From assembly GCA_964016885.1 (NCBI GenBank), contig OZ024740.1:101246001-101310000 (forward strand): a DNA stretch of 64,000 nt. Direction: 5' to 3'. Both the position numbers and the translations under genes were made by a program. The DNA comes from Eledone cirrhosa (taxonomy: Eukaryota). The notes under the pieces are model-generated. The model did not search any database and was not told where the DNA came from. It saw only the letters and a list, made by a program, of their open reading frames with translations. This document shows, one piece after another, positions 13,931 through 28,085 of this stretch (position 1 is its first letter; every line of letters begins with the position of its first letter).

Positions 13931-14910
13931 TAGCTGCTGTTTTCTACAGGTTGTTTTTAATTGGATCATTTGGGAACTGTGATCCTTCCTACATATCACA
14001 TGCCTTTACCAGTTAATTCTTCTCTCTTATTATATTTCATACCTCTTATACAAAATTTTTCTCTTGCATATTTGTATGTATGTTGTTGTCTAGATCCAGG
14101 TCTGATTTGATCGAGCAGTATTACAATCAAAGGTATTCCAAGCATGACTAGACCATCTCATAATTTTCATAAGCATGGTGTAATCAGGACTGTATTAACC
14201 AATGTTCTTTTTCATCATTATCATCTTTAATTTACATCTCTTTTCTATGCTGATATAGGTTGGATGTATTTTTCTGAAAAAGAAACCATTTGGAAAGTCA
14301 CTGGATGTGCTGTACCTGACTATCCAAGTATCATGTTAAGGGTACAAATGTCTGTGGAATACTCAGCCAATTATACTATGTAATTCAATGACTAAGTATT
14401 TCAGTTGATTGAACAGCTGAAATATTTGTCATCAAAACCGACAGAGGATCCACTTACTGCAATTATGCATAAATCTTTATGCACAAGAGTAGTGAAGAGA
14501 GGTGGAGAAAAAGAGAGAAGTAGAGAGTGAGAGAAAGATGGGAGAGCACCACGAGGGAGATAGTAGTCAAGAGAGAGAGAGAGATGAAGAGAGGGGAAAT
14601 ATGAAAAGAGAGAGAGAGTGAAGAGCAAGAGAGGGGAAGATGGGGGAAAAGCAAGAGAGAAGAGTGGAATGGAAGAGACAAAAGAGTGAATTGTCCATTA
14701 TCTGTCTGGGATTATAGGTATCATTTTCAACAAAGTTCCACTTGATTCAAGGATCTTCTCAGTTTGTAAAGTAAGATACATCCTTAAATCCCAGTAAATT
14801 TACAACACAACACAACAATCAGTTCCTCTATATCATGTCACCAACTGCTGGTTGCAGGGGAAGAATATATAACTACATTATTCTTTTATTCTGTCAAACT
14901 AATTTATATT

Positions 14911-16795
14911 CATCATCATCATCAACGTTTAACGTCCGTGTTCCACGCTTGCATGGGTTTGGACGGGTTTTCCCACTTGAGGCAAGAGTGTTTGTCTTGC
15001 TCGCATAGGACTATCTGGCGGGTTTTCTACAGCTGGATGCCCTTCCTAACACCAACCACATTTACAATGTGGGGCTGGGAGGTTTTTACTATGTTGCCTA
15101 CACGGCCACATTACAGCGTGGACTGTCTGGCAGGTTTTCTACAGCTGGATGCCCTTCCTAACACCAACCACATTTACAGTGTGGGGCTGGGAGGTTTTTA
15201 CCGTGTTGCCTACACGACCACATTACAGCGTGGACTGTGTCTACACGATCTCATTTGTTTCGGCCTGGATGTTGTGGCACCAACATAACTTTACATTGAA
15301 GGGGGCGGTGTGGATGGGGTGTGTGGGGGGGTGTATTTTGTTAGAGATGCCTACTGGCTGTAGTAGGTTTTACTTTGTATTTAGGTAAGGCGGGTCTTCT
15401 CTATTACTGAGTACCGCCAAAGGTCTCGGTCCAGTGACATTGTCTTGGAGAGGTGTAAGTGTGTGAGGTCAGAATTTATCAGCTCGTCCCAGGTTTTTCT
15501 GGGTCTGCCTACTCCGTAGCTACCGTCTATCCTTATTGCCCTGCACTTTGTTATACAGCTGTCGTCTTTCATGTGCATCACGTGACCATACCAACGTAGC
15601 CTTCTCTCGAGTAAACAACATCTGATCCCTCTTATTTCTAATTTTTTCCTTAGTTCGTTTATGCTTTGCCGTTCACGTATGTTACTATTACACATCCAGC
15701 GGAGCATGCAAGCTTCGTTCCTCTCTAGTCTGCGTATATCTTCTGCACACAATGCCCAGGTCTCACTGCCATGCAACATTGCTGTTCATATGCAGGCATC
15801 ATACAACCTGCCTTTCATTCTTAGGGAGAACCCTTTAGCGGCTAATAGTGGTATAAGCTCTCTGAACTTTTTCCAACCAGTTCTGACTCTAGCTACTGTA
15901 CTTTCAGAGCACCCTCCCCCACTGCTGATTTTGTCGCCCAGGTAACGGAAGCTGTCCACTATTTCTATAGAACCCTCTGCGCAATTGAAAGAGCTAGTAT
16001 TCTGTGGGCACTTGCTGCTACTTATTGCACCAGAGCACCGGCCACATGTAAAATCTATGTTCTTAGTTAGCTTACCTGTGATCCCACTACATCTTTTATG
16101 CACCCATACTTTGCATTTGGGACATAAAATGGAGTTTCTACCTACGCCTTTCCTACACACTGAGCATGGCCATTTCCCGGAAGGGACCGGCGCCTTATTT
16201 TCTTTCCTACAAACTAGAACTTTAGTCTTAGCCAGGTTAATTTTAAGGCCTTTTGATTCTAGGCCGTGCTTCCATGTTTGGAATTTCTTCTCTAGCTCGG
16301 CCATTGATTCAGCTATGAGCGTTAGATCATCTGCGTATAGGAGTTCCCATGGGCAGCCTGTCTTGAACTCCTCTGTTATAGCCTGAAGGGCAATAATAAA
16401 TAGGAGGGGGCTAAGAACAGAGCCCTGATGGACACCAACTTTTACGCTAAACTATTCACTATATTCGTTGTTAATTCTAACCTTGCTGACTGTTGCTTTA
16501 TACATGGCTTGTATAGCTCTGACAAGCCATTCGTCAACACCTAGTTTTCTAAGAGCCCACCAGATAATGGAACGGGGGACTCTGTCGAAGGCTTTCTCCA
16601 AGTCAACAAAAGCTAAGTATAGGGGTTTACTTTTAGCTAGGTACTTCTCCTGTAGTTGTCGTACAATGAAAAGAGCGTCTGTGGTACTTTTTCCTGACAC
16701 AAACCCGAACTGCATTTCATCTAGATCAATTCTCTCTCTGATTAGTTGCGCTATTACTTTTTCCGTGACCTTCATGACCTGGTCGATTAATCTCT
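14911..16795 (-). mobile_element. 5'-truncated RTE LINE (subfamily A)
   Basis: QFGFVSGKSTTDA, FVDLEKAFDRVPR, GVHQGSVLSPLLF, LYADDL, PHD-like finger, [14 protein letters not shown]; (GAT)n tail; about 112-bp tandem duplication in the 3' UTR (15009-15235). Confidence 0.95.
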
Positions 16796-17082
16796 TTATC
16801 TATTGTCTTTCTCCCCCCCCCCTCTCTCTCTGTATATGCATATATCATTGTCGTCATCAGAATTTCACATCTAATTTCCATACTGGTATGGTGTGAATTT
16901 CAGTCTGAGACTAGACAGGCTGGAGAGACAGCATGATGAAAGAACAAGGCATTTGTTTTGCAAGAGAACACAAAAATGGAGAGGCAACAGTATCCAGATG
17001 AGACCAACATCTGCTTCAAACAAACTAAACAAGGTTTTCCACACGCTTTTCAAACATCATAGAACTTTCGACTGAAACAAAG

Positions 17083-17535
17083 CATGGATCTCAAACTCAA
17101 GGACTCAAAAGGGCCATTATATCCTGGGAGAGAGGCACAGTGGATCAAATAAGAGATGAGGAGCAGGGGTGTGATTCCCACCAGTTATAATACTAATCTG
17201 CAATACAGCTGATAGGCCACTATTTATCTTTTCATCAAAATGAATACATATATGATAATAAATGGGATATGGATGATGGGGACAAGATGATGGGAACAAA
17301 ATTTCTGTATCAAATTTTCCTTCATTCCATTATTACTTTTGATAGATTCTGTTTTTTACATTTTATTTTATTTCATTGGTAAATTGCAATAAATTGTGCA
17401 ATAAATATTGTTAAAACAGGGACAAATTACCAAGTTTTAGGAAAATATTAGTCACAAAAATTGTTCTGCTGTGGTCCATAGAAAAGTACTTAGCAGGCCA
17501 CGTGTAGCACCGGGTTCAATTGTTTGAGACCTTTG
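17083..17535. mobile_element. Decayed hAT/Charlie-like MITE
   Basis: Imperfect TIRs catggatctcaaact / tgtttgagacctttg with subterminal gggcca/ggccacg motifs. Confidence 0.55.
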
Positions 17536-17864
17536 ATTTAAAGAAAGATGGAATTAAAGCAATTATGATGGAAAGATCATGAGAAATGTTCTAAATGTGG
17601 TGCATTCAGGTGGTAAAAGAAAAGATTCTTCAGGAGCTCCGAGAGCAATACTCCGTTCTATTTCTGTTATGATAATGGACAAGTTTTTGACCTCTCATTC
17701 CCCATTGACCTTCTGAGCTTAGATAACTTAAACTACTTATATGGGAATCATGTTTAAACCTTATATTAAAGTCTGTAACTCGTAGTTTAGCTTTTACATC
17801 CTTAGGCATAACAGACACTAAATATATCATATTCCATTAGGAGTGTATATGTATACAACAAATG

Positions 17865-18810
17865 GTGGAGGGGGCTTTCAGTTGATTATCCTCATGTCTA
17901 AGGATAGGATAGAAGAGGTTTAGAGAAGTACTCACACAGTTGACAACAAAAGGTTTCTCCCTACGTACAAAAAGACGACCGTATGACACCTGTGTGCAGA
18001 GTGTAAAGACTGCATTGGTATGGACATGTGATGCACATGGACAATGATTGATGGGTGAGGAAATGCCAGGAAATCCCAGTGGAAGGAATCCACAGTAGAG
18101 GACAACCAAGAAAGACCTGGTTGTAGGTGGTGAGAGCTGACCTCAAATCACTAAGACTAGCAGAGGAGATGACAAAGGAAGGCAACAAGTGGAGAGATAT
18201 TGTGCTGAGGATCCATCCAACCCATGCAGGCAGTGAAAAACAAATGTAAAAACGATGATGATGCAAGAGCTTAGCAGCTACAATAAGAATGCATGGAAAA
18301 AGTCCAGGGAGCTTCTACTATTGTTGGCAACAGTGAATGAAAGACCAAATATATGACACCTGTGTGTAATGTATGAGGTGGCATGGTAGTGAGACTTGGG
18401 CAATGAATGCAGATGATATGCAAAAGCTGGAGAGAAATGATGCAAGCATGCTTCAATGGGTGTGCGATATTAATGTGTGTGCATGACAAAAAAGATGGAT
18501 GAAGTGAGAAAAACTAGGTGTAAAAGGAATCAGATGCAGTGTGCAGCAAAGAAGACTTTGCTGGTATGGACATCTGATGCACATTGATAATTGCTGGGTG
18601 AAGAAGTGCCTAGAATCCCAGTGGAATGAAGCCAAATTTGAGAATGACCAAGGAAGTGCTGGGTGGGGGTGGTGAGAGCTGATCTCAAATCACTGAAGCT
18701 CATAGAGATGACAAAGGAACACGATAAGTGGGGGGATACTGTGTTGAAAAAGATCTATCCAAAACTTGAAAGCAAAGAAAAGCAGGCATAAAATGATGGT
18801 GATGATGAGT
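17865..18810 (+). mobile_element. Two consecutive highly decayed RTE 3' fragments
   Basis: RLHWYGHVMHM and GQPRKTW remnants; two decayed (GAT)n tails near 18260 and 18800. Confidence 0.75.
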
Positions 18811-19129
18811 TAACAAAATCTACTAAAATTACAAATGCCCTTGGAACATTTAGACTTTAAACCAGATATTTTTCTGAATAGATTAATTCTGTGAAATGTA
18901 ATGTACAAATGCTATTTTTTTCTCTTCTCTCCATCTTCCCCGGTCCATTCATCTATCTGTATCATATCGTCCAGAATCCAATCTTTGCTTTTTCAATGCT
19001 ATTCGATAATTCTGTCTGATTGTTCAAAATAATCTTCTTGTATTTTAAAATCCCATAATTCTTCTCTTATTACTGTTATATGCTTGTTCAATTATGCCAA
19101 AATTCTAGGATTTTATTTCAACCTGCTCG

Positions 19130-22100
19130 CTAACTACCCCATATCCCTCCCACCCGCCACCATTATTACTTGGACCAATCATAAGCCAGCGGCCTATGCT
19201 ATCACTTCTTAAGTTTAGACCCGGTTGCCTTTCGATATGATGGATGGACTACGGATTTCTGGAGAGTCTGAAAAATCTGGACACTCAGTAACAATGCCAA
19301 AGATAAAGACAAATTCACCTCATGCTGCCGGACGAGAATGCAAGGGCTCCTTCTTTTTATTTTGGCCGTGGATGGCTAACATAACCCCATCTCCCTCACC
19401 CCTCCCTGAGCCCCACCATTCCCACCCACCAAGCGCAATCAAAAAATTCAGAGTTGGTACCATGAATGTAGGCACCTTAAAAGGTCGCTCTAATGAGGTT
19501 GTAGAAATGCTTGAACGTAAGGAGGTTGATGTTTGCTGTATCCAAGAGACCAGGTGGAGGGTTGGGTCTGCTAGATTCATTGTGGGTAAAAAACGATGCT
19601 ATAAGCTTTTCTGGGTGGGAAATGACAATGGGCTGGGTGGGGTAGGAATCATGCTAGCAGAAAAATGGGCAGATAAGATAATAGACGTAAATAGAGTGAA
19701 CGACAGAATAATTAAAATAAGACTTGTCCTAAATAGAACTACTGTGACAATAATATCTGCGTACGCACTCCAATCCGGACTGCCTAGCGCTATAAAAGAC
19801 AGATTCTATGAGTCATTAATGCTCACTATCTCCCAAATAACTGACAGTGACTACATAATTATTGCTGGCGACCTAAATGGTCACGTTGGACAACATTGTG
19901 ACGGCTATGATGGAATCCATGGAGGCTATGGGTTTGGTACTAGAAATGAGGAAGGCAGCAGAATCCTGGAATTCTGTGATGCAAATAAACTAACTATCTG
20001 TAACACCAACTTCAAAAAACGAGACAAACACTTGAACACCTATAGATCAGGGAAACACGCCAGTCAGATAGATTATATCCTTACCAGAAGATGTGACAGA
20101 GTGTCTGTTGTAAACATTAAATCCCTCCCCATGAAGAATGCACCTCCCAACATAGACTCATAGTTAGCGACCTCATAGTCAGGACGAAACGTACTCGACA
20201 ACAGAGGAGGACTATCCTCAGGAGAAAAATATGGAAGCTAAAGGACCCCAAAGCCAGTAATAAATTTAAAAGCATATTACTTGATGCTTTTGACAGTAAG
20301 GAAGAGCATTTAGAGTTGTACAATATAGAGGAACAGTGGAAATTCCTGAAAGCTAACCTGCTGAAGGCGACAGATGAAATCTGTGGCTGGAGCAGACCTA
20401 TAGACAGGAGGAGAGTAATGTGGTGATGGAACAGTAAGGTGGAGGAGTACTCAAGGCCAAAAAGCAGGCTTGGAAAGTATGGCGGGATGGGGGAAGTAGA
20501 GAGCACTATCAAGTGGCCAGGAGAGAAGCTAGGAGACAAGTGTACTTCGCAAGAAAGGAAGCAGAGGAAAGAAAGTTCAAGCATGTTCTACAATGCGAGG
20601 AGCAAAAACGTGAGGTGTTCAGGATTGCTAGACAATGTGTCAAGGATAACTGTGATATTGTCGGGGAGAAGTGTGTCCGTAATGATGATGGTGTACTTGC
20701 CATCACTGACGCTGATAAGAAGGTAGCTTGGAAGTGTCACTACGAAAGGCTACTAAATGAGGAGAATAAATGGGAGAAATACAGTCTCCCCCACATCGAT
20801 CCAATAGAGGGACGAGCAGTGCAAGTTGAAGGTAGTATAATAAGTAAAGCAATCAGAGATATGAAGACGGGCAAGGCAGCTGGGCTTTCGGAAATAGTTG
20901 CTGAAATGCTGAAAGCATCTGGAACAGTAGGACACACTATGGTCACCCGGATAGTAAACCAAATTATACAGAATGGGGTCGTACCAAAGGACTGGCGTAG
21001 CAGCATCATCATTAACTGCTAGAAGAGTAAAGGAGATGCCCTAGATAGGGGAAACTATAGAGGCATTAAATTAATTGTCCAGGTCATGAAGGTCACAGAA
21101 AAAGTAATAGCGCAACCAATCAGAGAGCGACTTGATCTAGATGAAATGCAGTTTGGGTTTGTGTCAGGTAAAAGTACCACAGGCGCTCTTTTCATTGTAC
21201 GACAACTACAGGAGAAGTACCTAGCTAAAAGTAAACCCCTATACTTAGCTTTTGTTGACGTGGAGAAAGCGTTTGACAGAGTCCAACGCCACATTATCTG
21301 GTGGACTCTCAGAAAACTAGGTGTTGATGAATTGCTTGTGAGAGCTATACAAGCCATGTATCAAGAAACAGTCAGCAAGGTTATAATTAACAACGAATAT
21401 AGTGAATAGTTTAGCGTAAAAAGTGGTGTTCATCAGGGCTCCGTCCTTAGCCCCATCCTATTTATTATTGCCCTTTAGGCTATAACAGAGGAGTTCAAGA
21501 CCGGCTGCCCATGGGAACTCCTATACGCAGATGATCTAACGCTCATAGCTGAATCAATGGCTGAACTAGAGAAGAAATTCCAAACATGGAAGCATTGCCT
21601 AGAATCAAAGGCCTTAAAATTAACCTGTCTAAGACTAAAGTTCTAGTATGTAGGAAGGAAAATAGGGCACTGGTCCCATCTGGTAAATGGCCATGCTCAG
21701 TGTGTAGGAAAGGAGTAGGCAGAAACTCCATTTTATGTCCCAAATGCAAAGTATGGGTGCATAAAAGATGTAGTGGGATCACAGGTAAGCTAACTAAGAA
21801 TATAGATTTTATATGTGGCCGGTGCTCAGGTGCAATAAGTAGCAGCTAATGCCCGCAGAATACTAGCTCATTCCATTGCACAGATGGTTCTATAGAAATA
21901 GTGGACACCTTCTGTTACCTGGGTGACAAAATCAGCAGTGGTGGAGGGTGCACTGAAAGTAGAGTAGCTAGAGTCAGAACGGGATGGAAAAAGTTTAGAG
22001 AGCTTATACCACTATTGGCTGCTAAAGGTTTCTCTCTAAAAATTAAAGGTAGGCTGTATGATGCCTGAATACGAACAGCAATGTTACATGGCAGTGAGAC

Positions 22101-22843
22101 TTGGGCATTGTGTGCAGAGGATCTACGCAGACTGGAGACAAACGAAGCTTGCATGCTCCGTTGGATGTGTAATAGTAATATACGTGAACGGCAAAGCATA
22201 AATGAACTAAGTGAGAAATTAGGAATCAGAGGGATCAGATGCTGTTTACTCGAGAGAAGACTATATTGGTATGGTCATGTGATGCACATGAAAGAGTGCA
22301 GGGCGATCAAAATAGACGGTAGCTATGGAGTAGGCAGACCCAGAAAAACCTGGGACGACTTGATAAATTCCGCCCTCACATACTTACACCTCTCCAAGAC
22401 AATGTCACTGGACCAAGATCTTTGGTGCTACGCAGTAATACAGAAGACCCACCTTGCCTAAGTGCAAAACGAAAGCTTCAGTCAGTAGGCACCTCTTTAC
22501 CAAAATACACCCCCGTCCCACTACCCCCACCCCATCCACACCACTTCTTTCGATGTAAAGTTATGTTGGTACCACAACATCCAGTCCTAAATAAATGAGG
22601 TCGTTTAAGTGACACGACAAAAAAACACACAGTCCACGCTGTAATGTGGCTGTGTAGGTAACACGGTAAAAACTTCCCAGTCCACACTGTAAATGTGGTT
22701 GGTGTTAGGAAGGGCATCCAGCCGTAGAAAACTGCCAGACAGTCCTATATGAGCTAGACAACCAATCTTGCCTCAAGTGGGAAAATTCCCATCCAAACCC
22801 ATGCTAGCGTGGAAGATGGACGTTAAACGATGATGATGATGAT
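19130..22843 (+). mobile_element. Near full-length RTE LINE (APE, RT, PHD-like insertion), pseudogenised
   Basis: APE: VGTMNVGTL, CCIQETRW, AGDLNGHVG, SQIDYIL. RT: NYRGIKL, QFGF, VDVEKAFDRV, GVHQGSVLSP, LYADDL. Several stops and frameshifts; (GAT)n tail at 22829-22843; 5' boundary approximate. Confidence 0.95.
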
Positions 22844-23424
22844 ATTAAATGATTTTATTGTTGATGATCAGAGATGTTTGGTGGTTTTATATTTTAAAGC
22901 AATTATTCAGATGTTTTGGATATGGTTCAAACTGGAAAATATCAACAAATATACATTTATATACAGTTCTGTGTCATAACATTTCATGTCTTTTCCATTC
23001 ACAAATTTCTCAATAGAAACAAAGAAGGAGCCTCAACATAGTCGCTTGATTTGCTAGAGATAGCAGCCCAATTTTTCCAAAATCACATTCTAAAATGTTT
23101 GTAAAATATAATGGCATATTAGTCAACATAATCCTAGATGCCTCTTAAAAGATAAAATGAATATGGTGGGATCACTTTTAGTCATATGTACCGTCTGTCA
23201 AAGTACATCAAGAGCTAAATAAATACAAAAACAAGATAATTTCCACACAGCCACTAACTCGCCTTGTTTAAGCTCTTAAACCATTTGTATCATCTACTTC
23301 ATCCAAAAAATTGCATTTATCATTTGTGGCTTGTCGTAGGCAGGCAAAGCTGTTGACTTTGCAATCACTTGATTCTGGGCTCACTTTGCACAAGAGTTTT
23401 CTCGATCACATAGTTATGACTGGT

Positions 23425-23675
23425 TTAACCCTTTCATTACCATATTTCTAATGGAATATCCTGACTCTGATTTTCATGATTTTTAACATAAAGAAATTTG
23501 GAGGGATTTAGAAATATAACTAATTTGCTACTCATCAAGCTGGTGTTTGGAACATAACTCAGATTCTTACATGAAATTATGATGGACAATTGTTAGAAAA
23601 ATAACATTAAAACGTGTTTGTATCATAGAACCAGAGGAAGAGTGCTTTCAAGTAGTTTAGTATCAAAAGGGTTAA
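23425..23675. mobile_element. TTAA-flanked MITE (piggyBac-like)
   Basis: TTAA-CCCTTT ... AAAGGG-TTAA termini. Confidence 0.7.
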
Positions 23676-24678
23676 TGAGAGAGAAGGGGGCTGTACATGC
23701 TATTCCCATGCTAATTATTTCAACCAAGCAATACCTTTTTCATAGATTAAATCATTCAGAGTTATCATTATCATGATAAACATGTTCAAACAGAAAGCAG
23801 TAAAAAGTCTAACTAGAAAGAAATATACAGAAATGTGTACTAGACATGTGAGTGAACATCAACTGATTGAACAGCAACATTTGTACTTTGGGTCTACTGA
23901 AGCTGAAGCTGACTATAGCTACCCGACATTATCAATCTATTTCATCATTCATTGTTAATTTCAGTGGAGAATCTTGAAAGAAAATATTTCTGATTCTACT
24001 TCATAGTGAGTGCAAGTATTTGTGTCTATAATGTGTGAATGGGGAGGAATATTAGTAGTTTTCCTGATCATTGTTGATGGTTGCAAAGGACAATCCCATC
24101 AGAATAGGATGTGATAAATATTTATTTCCTGTTAACATTAAATCAAGCTACATAATAGTTGAAACTGCTCACATAGTTGATTAATTTTGACTTATTCTAG
24201 CTTGAGATTACATTGCCTTCTCGCTAATGACAGAACCGTTTAACACTTGAGCAAATTATTCAATTACTTTTACATACTTCATTAGATATTTTGATTCTCT
24301 CACAATCATTTCATTTGCAGTAGGACATTAAAATAAATTTTACATTTTAATAAAAGATTGTAATTCCCTTTTATTTTTTTTTTATATTGTTAGATTTTAA
24401 CAATATTGTGTCTGTGGCCTCATATAACTTTATGCACCAAATATTTCATTTTTATAATTAATGTTTTGTTAACCCTTTATCTTGTTATTATGTGACCCAA
24501 AAGAGAACAAATAAATTCATATTTCATAACTTATATTCATGTCTAGATGTTAAAAGAAAAGTTAAAGAACTGCAGAAGTACTTCAAATTTCAACATAGGT
24601 TAGAAGGCTCTATTAATTCTTATATAGTCAAGGATTGCTGGAATAAAAATATGCTGTTCTTCCTAAGACCAAATGCTC

Positions 24679-24739
<61 letters not shown>

Positions 24740-24955
24740 AAAAAAATAGAGGTGTGACACACGATTAGTGCAAACATCACGAGCGCTCTATCTCAAAATT
24801 ATTTTTTGAAAAGCATTAGAAATGCGCAACCGGTAAACACTTAAAACTAAAACTGAATACTAACCAATACTTATTACTAATTTATACTTATTCCTAATTA
24901 AACTATTTTTCACTGGGAAAAATTTGTCAGCATTTTCTTTTCCTTTTTACTAATA
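24740..24955 (+). mobile_element. Solo PLE pLTR fragment
   Basis: Homologous to minus-strand 53990-53853 joined to 52900-52846, and to 55625-55672; TA tracts on both sides. Confidence 0.75.
24802..24839 (+). ncRNA. Variant minimal type I hammerhead ribozyme motif (U3-A8, GCAA)
   Basis: tttt-TTGAAAA-gcatt aga aatgc-GCAA-ccgg-TA-aaca. Confidence 0.5.
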
Positions 24956-25111
24956 TATATATATCCTAAGGTCAAATGCTAAAATATATATATTTGAGCA
25001 TTTCGCCTTAGGAAGAATTGCATATCTATTTTTCCTGCAGATATAGATTGTCTATGTCCTATGTTAGTTAGTGTTTGAAACCTTAGGTAGAATTTATCTT
25101 GAGAACTGGAT

Positions 25112-25142
<31 letters not shown>

Positions 25143-25344
25143 TTGTACAGAATTTGGTGTGATTTCTTAATATTATCATCTTATATCATTCAGAAAGATA
25201 CCATATCCTTAAAAAAAAGTATCTTTCTTAAGTCAATTTAAAAATTGCAATATTGTGGGAACCCTATTTCAATTGCAATAATTTTTTAGATTAAAACTAA
25301 ATAAGAAATTCTATGAAACCATTCCACTGTCAATCACTTAGATG

Positions 25345-25535
25345 AAGGGCAGAGGATTGATAGTATTGGTAGAGTGCCGGATATGATTTACAGCATATAG
25401 TTACATCCCTTTATGTTCTGAGTTCAAATCCTGCTTTGCCCCTTATCCCTATGGGGTTGATAAAATAAAATACCAGTAATGTACTGAGGTCAATTTATGC
25501 AGCTGTCTCCCCAAAAATTGTTGGTTTTGTGTCTT
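25345..25535 (+). mobile_element. SINE family 2 (Meta-like), decayed
   Basis: Homologous to 11607-11798. Confidence 0.75.
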
Positions 25536-26304
25536 AATCAAAAACCAATCAATCAGATCAATAAAAATGATTTACGCATATTGCTGGTGCCATGATAAAA
25601 TACACCCAGTATTCTTTTTTCTTTCATATTGAGGTTCACGTGTTTATTGTACATTAACATGAGCATGAGGTCTATTTGACCTGTCTTGTCATGGACTGTC
25701 AATCTATGCAACCCATGCCAACATGGAAAGCAGTCATAGAATGATGACGAAGATACACAATTTTACAGAAAGGGGAATGGGGTTTTGCAGTACACCCTTC
25801 AACACACATACACACATGCATGCACACACAAACATTTGACTGTGCAAATGAGAAATATCAAAATTAATAAATAGAGTAGAGTAATGCATTTATCAAACAG
25901 TTTTATGAGTACAAAACACCTTAACCTTGAATCACTGGGTATAGCTTCACAGCTATAATAGAATATACATGAACACAGATATAGGACAGACTTCCGTACA
26001 ATTTCTCTCTACCAAATTCAATTCTCATGGCATTAAGTCAACCTTGGATACCAAACAATGAGATTGATGCCTGAATCACTTGGTTGCAAAGTTAAATGTT
26101 TAAAAATGCAGTCATATCTGCACTCATATTAAAATCAATTCAATTATATGACTTAAAATTAAACCAGGTTGAACTTTCCTGAAAGCTATTAAGGAATGAT
26201 GTTTTTTACTGGAAAATAATGCTGAAAGCCATAACAATGCTTTAAAAAAATAAAATGAGAATTTATTCAGATTTTAACCTTTCTTAAGCCTGAATATAAA
26301 GCAA

Positions 26305-26460
26305 TGTCTCCTAGTGGTTAGAGTGTCGTATTCATAAACATAAGGTTGTGGGTTAAATTCCCATATCAGGTGAGGTGTTGTGTTCTTGAACAAGGCACTT
26401 CATTTCATGTGGTCTCATTTCTTTCCAGACTTTGTTCAACCCACGCAAGCATGGAAAAAA
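26305..26460 (+). mobile_element. Decayed CORE-like SINE
   Basis: ctagtggttagagt, ggttaaattcc, tgtgttcttgaacaaggcacttcatttca. Confidence 0.65.
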
Positions 26461-27264
26461 AACGTAACTCTAACTCATAATCTTTAATGTTGAAATGAAA
26501 CATTTTATTATAGATGAAACGGTGGACGAATTTTATCATTCTTATCGGCATTGTGGTGTTCTTTCATCACACCTTTATTGTTTACTTATATGTTAATAAT
26601 AAGGCTCCAAGTAAACTACAGAAGAATTTCTTTTTTTATATTTTTTTCTTCCTCAAAATTCTAATAATGGACTTTGGTCTGTAAAACATCAATATATCAT
26701 CTTCATTTGTCTGTTGAAAATCTAAACGTCTTAAAAGTTTGCGTATGCATAGAAGTGTGATTTCATAACCAAATTCACAGTTGACTAAATGTGAAATAAC
26801 AATTTGGATATAAACACCAAGCTTGGCATTAATTGTCCACAAAGTGTCTCATTCTTATAGCTTTTTGTCTCTCCTGCTATTCATGTTAATGGGCCAAAGA
26901 AAATTCTCACCAACACTGCAGTCTTTATGGTTCAGTGTCTTAGACAACGGTATTTTCTCTTTAGTTTCTGCATTTTATTATTGTTTTCATTATGATGTAT
27001 GTTCCACAAGGATGCTTCAATTTTGGATGAGGTGAATCTGTTTTATATTCCTATTGTTAGTGTAGTCTCTACGTTTTTAAATTTATATTTTATTGTTTGT
27101 ATGTTTTACATTCTATGTTATACATTCTATATTATATAAATCTAAGACTATGTTCTTTATCACCAGATAGAACAGCGCTGATTGAGTAGACCTTTTATTA
27201 AAGTCTCATCTATATTTTTTAGATATAGTCAGGTCCAGATTTAGAATTTGGTCGGAGGGGCAGT

Positions 27265-27420
27265 TCAAGTGGTTGGCATTAGGAATGGCATCCAGCTGTA
27301 GAAACAAAGCCAAAATCAGTTCTGTATGAGCAACATATGGTCATCTGATCTGGCTTGACTCACAACAGGGCAAATCATCTCACCCATGCTAGCATGGAAA
27401 AATGGACGTTAAGCAGTGAT
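27265..27420 (+). mobile_element. RTE 3' UTR or SINE tail fragment
   Basis: ggttggcattaggaatggcatccagctgtagaa...cccatgctagcatggaaaaatggacgtt. Confidence 0.8.
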
Positions 27421-27428
27421 TATATATT

Positions 27429-27458
<30 letters not shown>

Positions 27459-27463
<5 letters not shown>

Positions 27464-28085
27464 AAATGGGGAGAAGAATACTGCTGGTTGCACATGGATA
27501 ACATGTAATAAAATAATATAAGTCCCTCATCAGTGATTTGCCGACGATCATAGATATTTCATTGCATTAAAAATCATATACCTCACGTCGGTGCAATAAT
27601 AACTAAATTAAGTTATTAGGACAATTAAAACGCGTAAAGCGAGTGAGACGAGATAACAACAAAGAGGATAGCTAACCGTAGAAAGAAGGAGACAAGCTTC
27701 ATAGCTATTCTGTTAGCGTAAGCTAGGTGAATATATAAGCGCTTAGAAAATAGACCTTTCAGCAGCGAATTCAAATGTGAGTGAGAGAGAAAATGATTTC
27801 GTCGCGAACGGGGTGAAGTGAGAAGAGGAGAAACAGTGAGTGAGTGAGTGGAAGTATGAGGAAGAGTTAACGGACATGACAAAGGGGGCGAAAGAAAGTA
27901 AGAGAAACAGAGGGAGCAGTAAGAGAGAGAGAGAGAGAAAAAAACAGAAGCGCAGTATAGGTAAATATACGTGAAAAAATGGGGAGAAGAATACTGCTGG
28001 TTGCACATGGATAACATGTAATAAAATAATATAAGTCCCTCATCAGTGATTTGCCGACGATCATAGATATTTCATTGCATTAAAA

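Noticed and set aside
23746-23847. Possible host exon (ttttcatag ... gtgagt, 34 open codons)
   Set aside because: No recognisable protein similarity and no partner exons; such signals arise by chance
26636-27035. Short ORFs as a gene or transposase relic
   Set aside because: No convincing motifs in any frame
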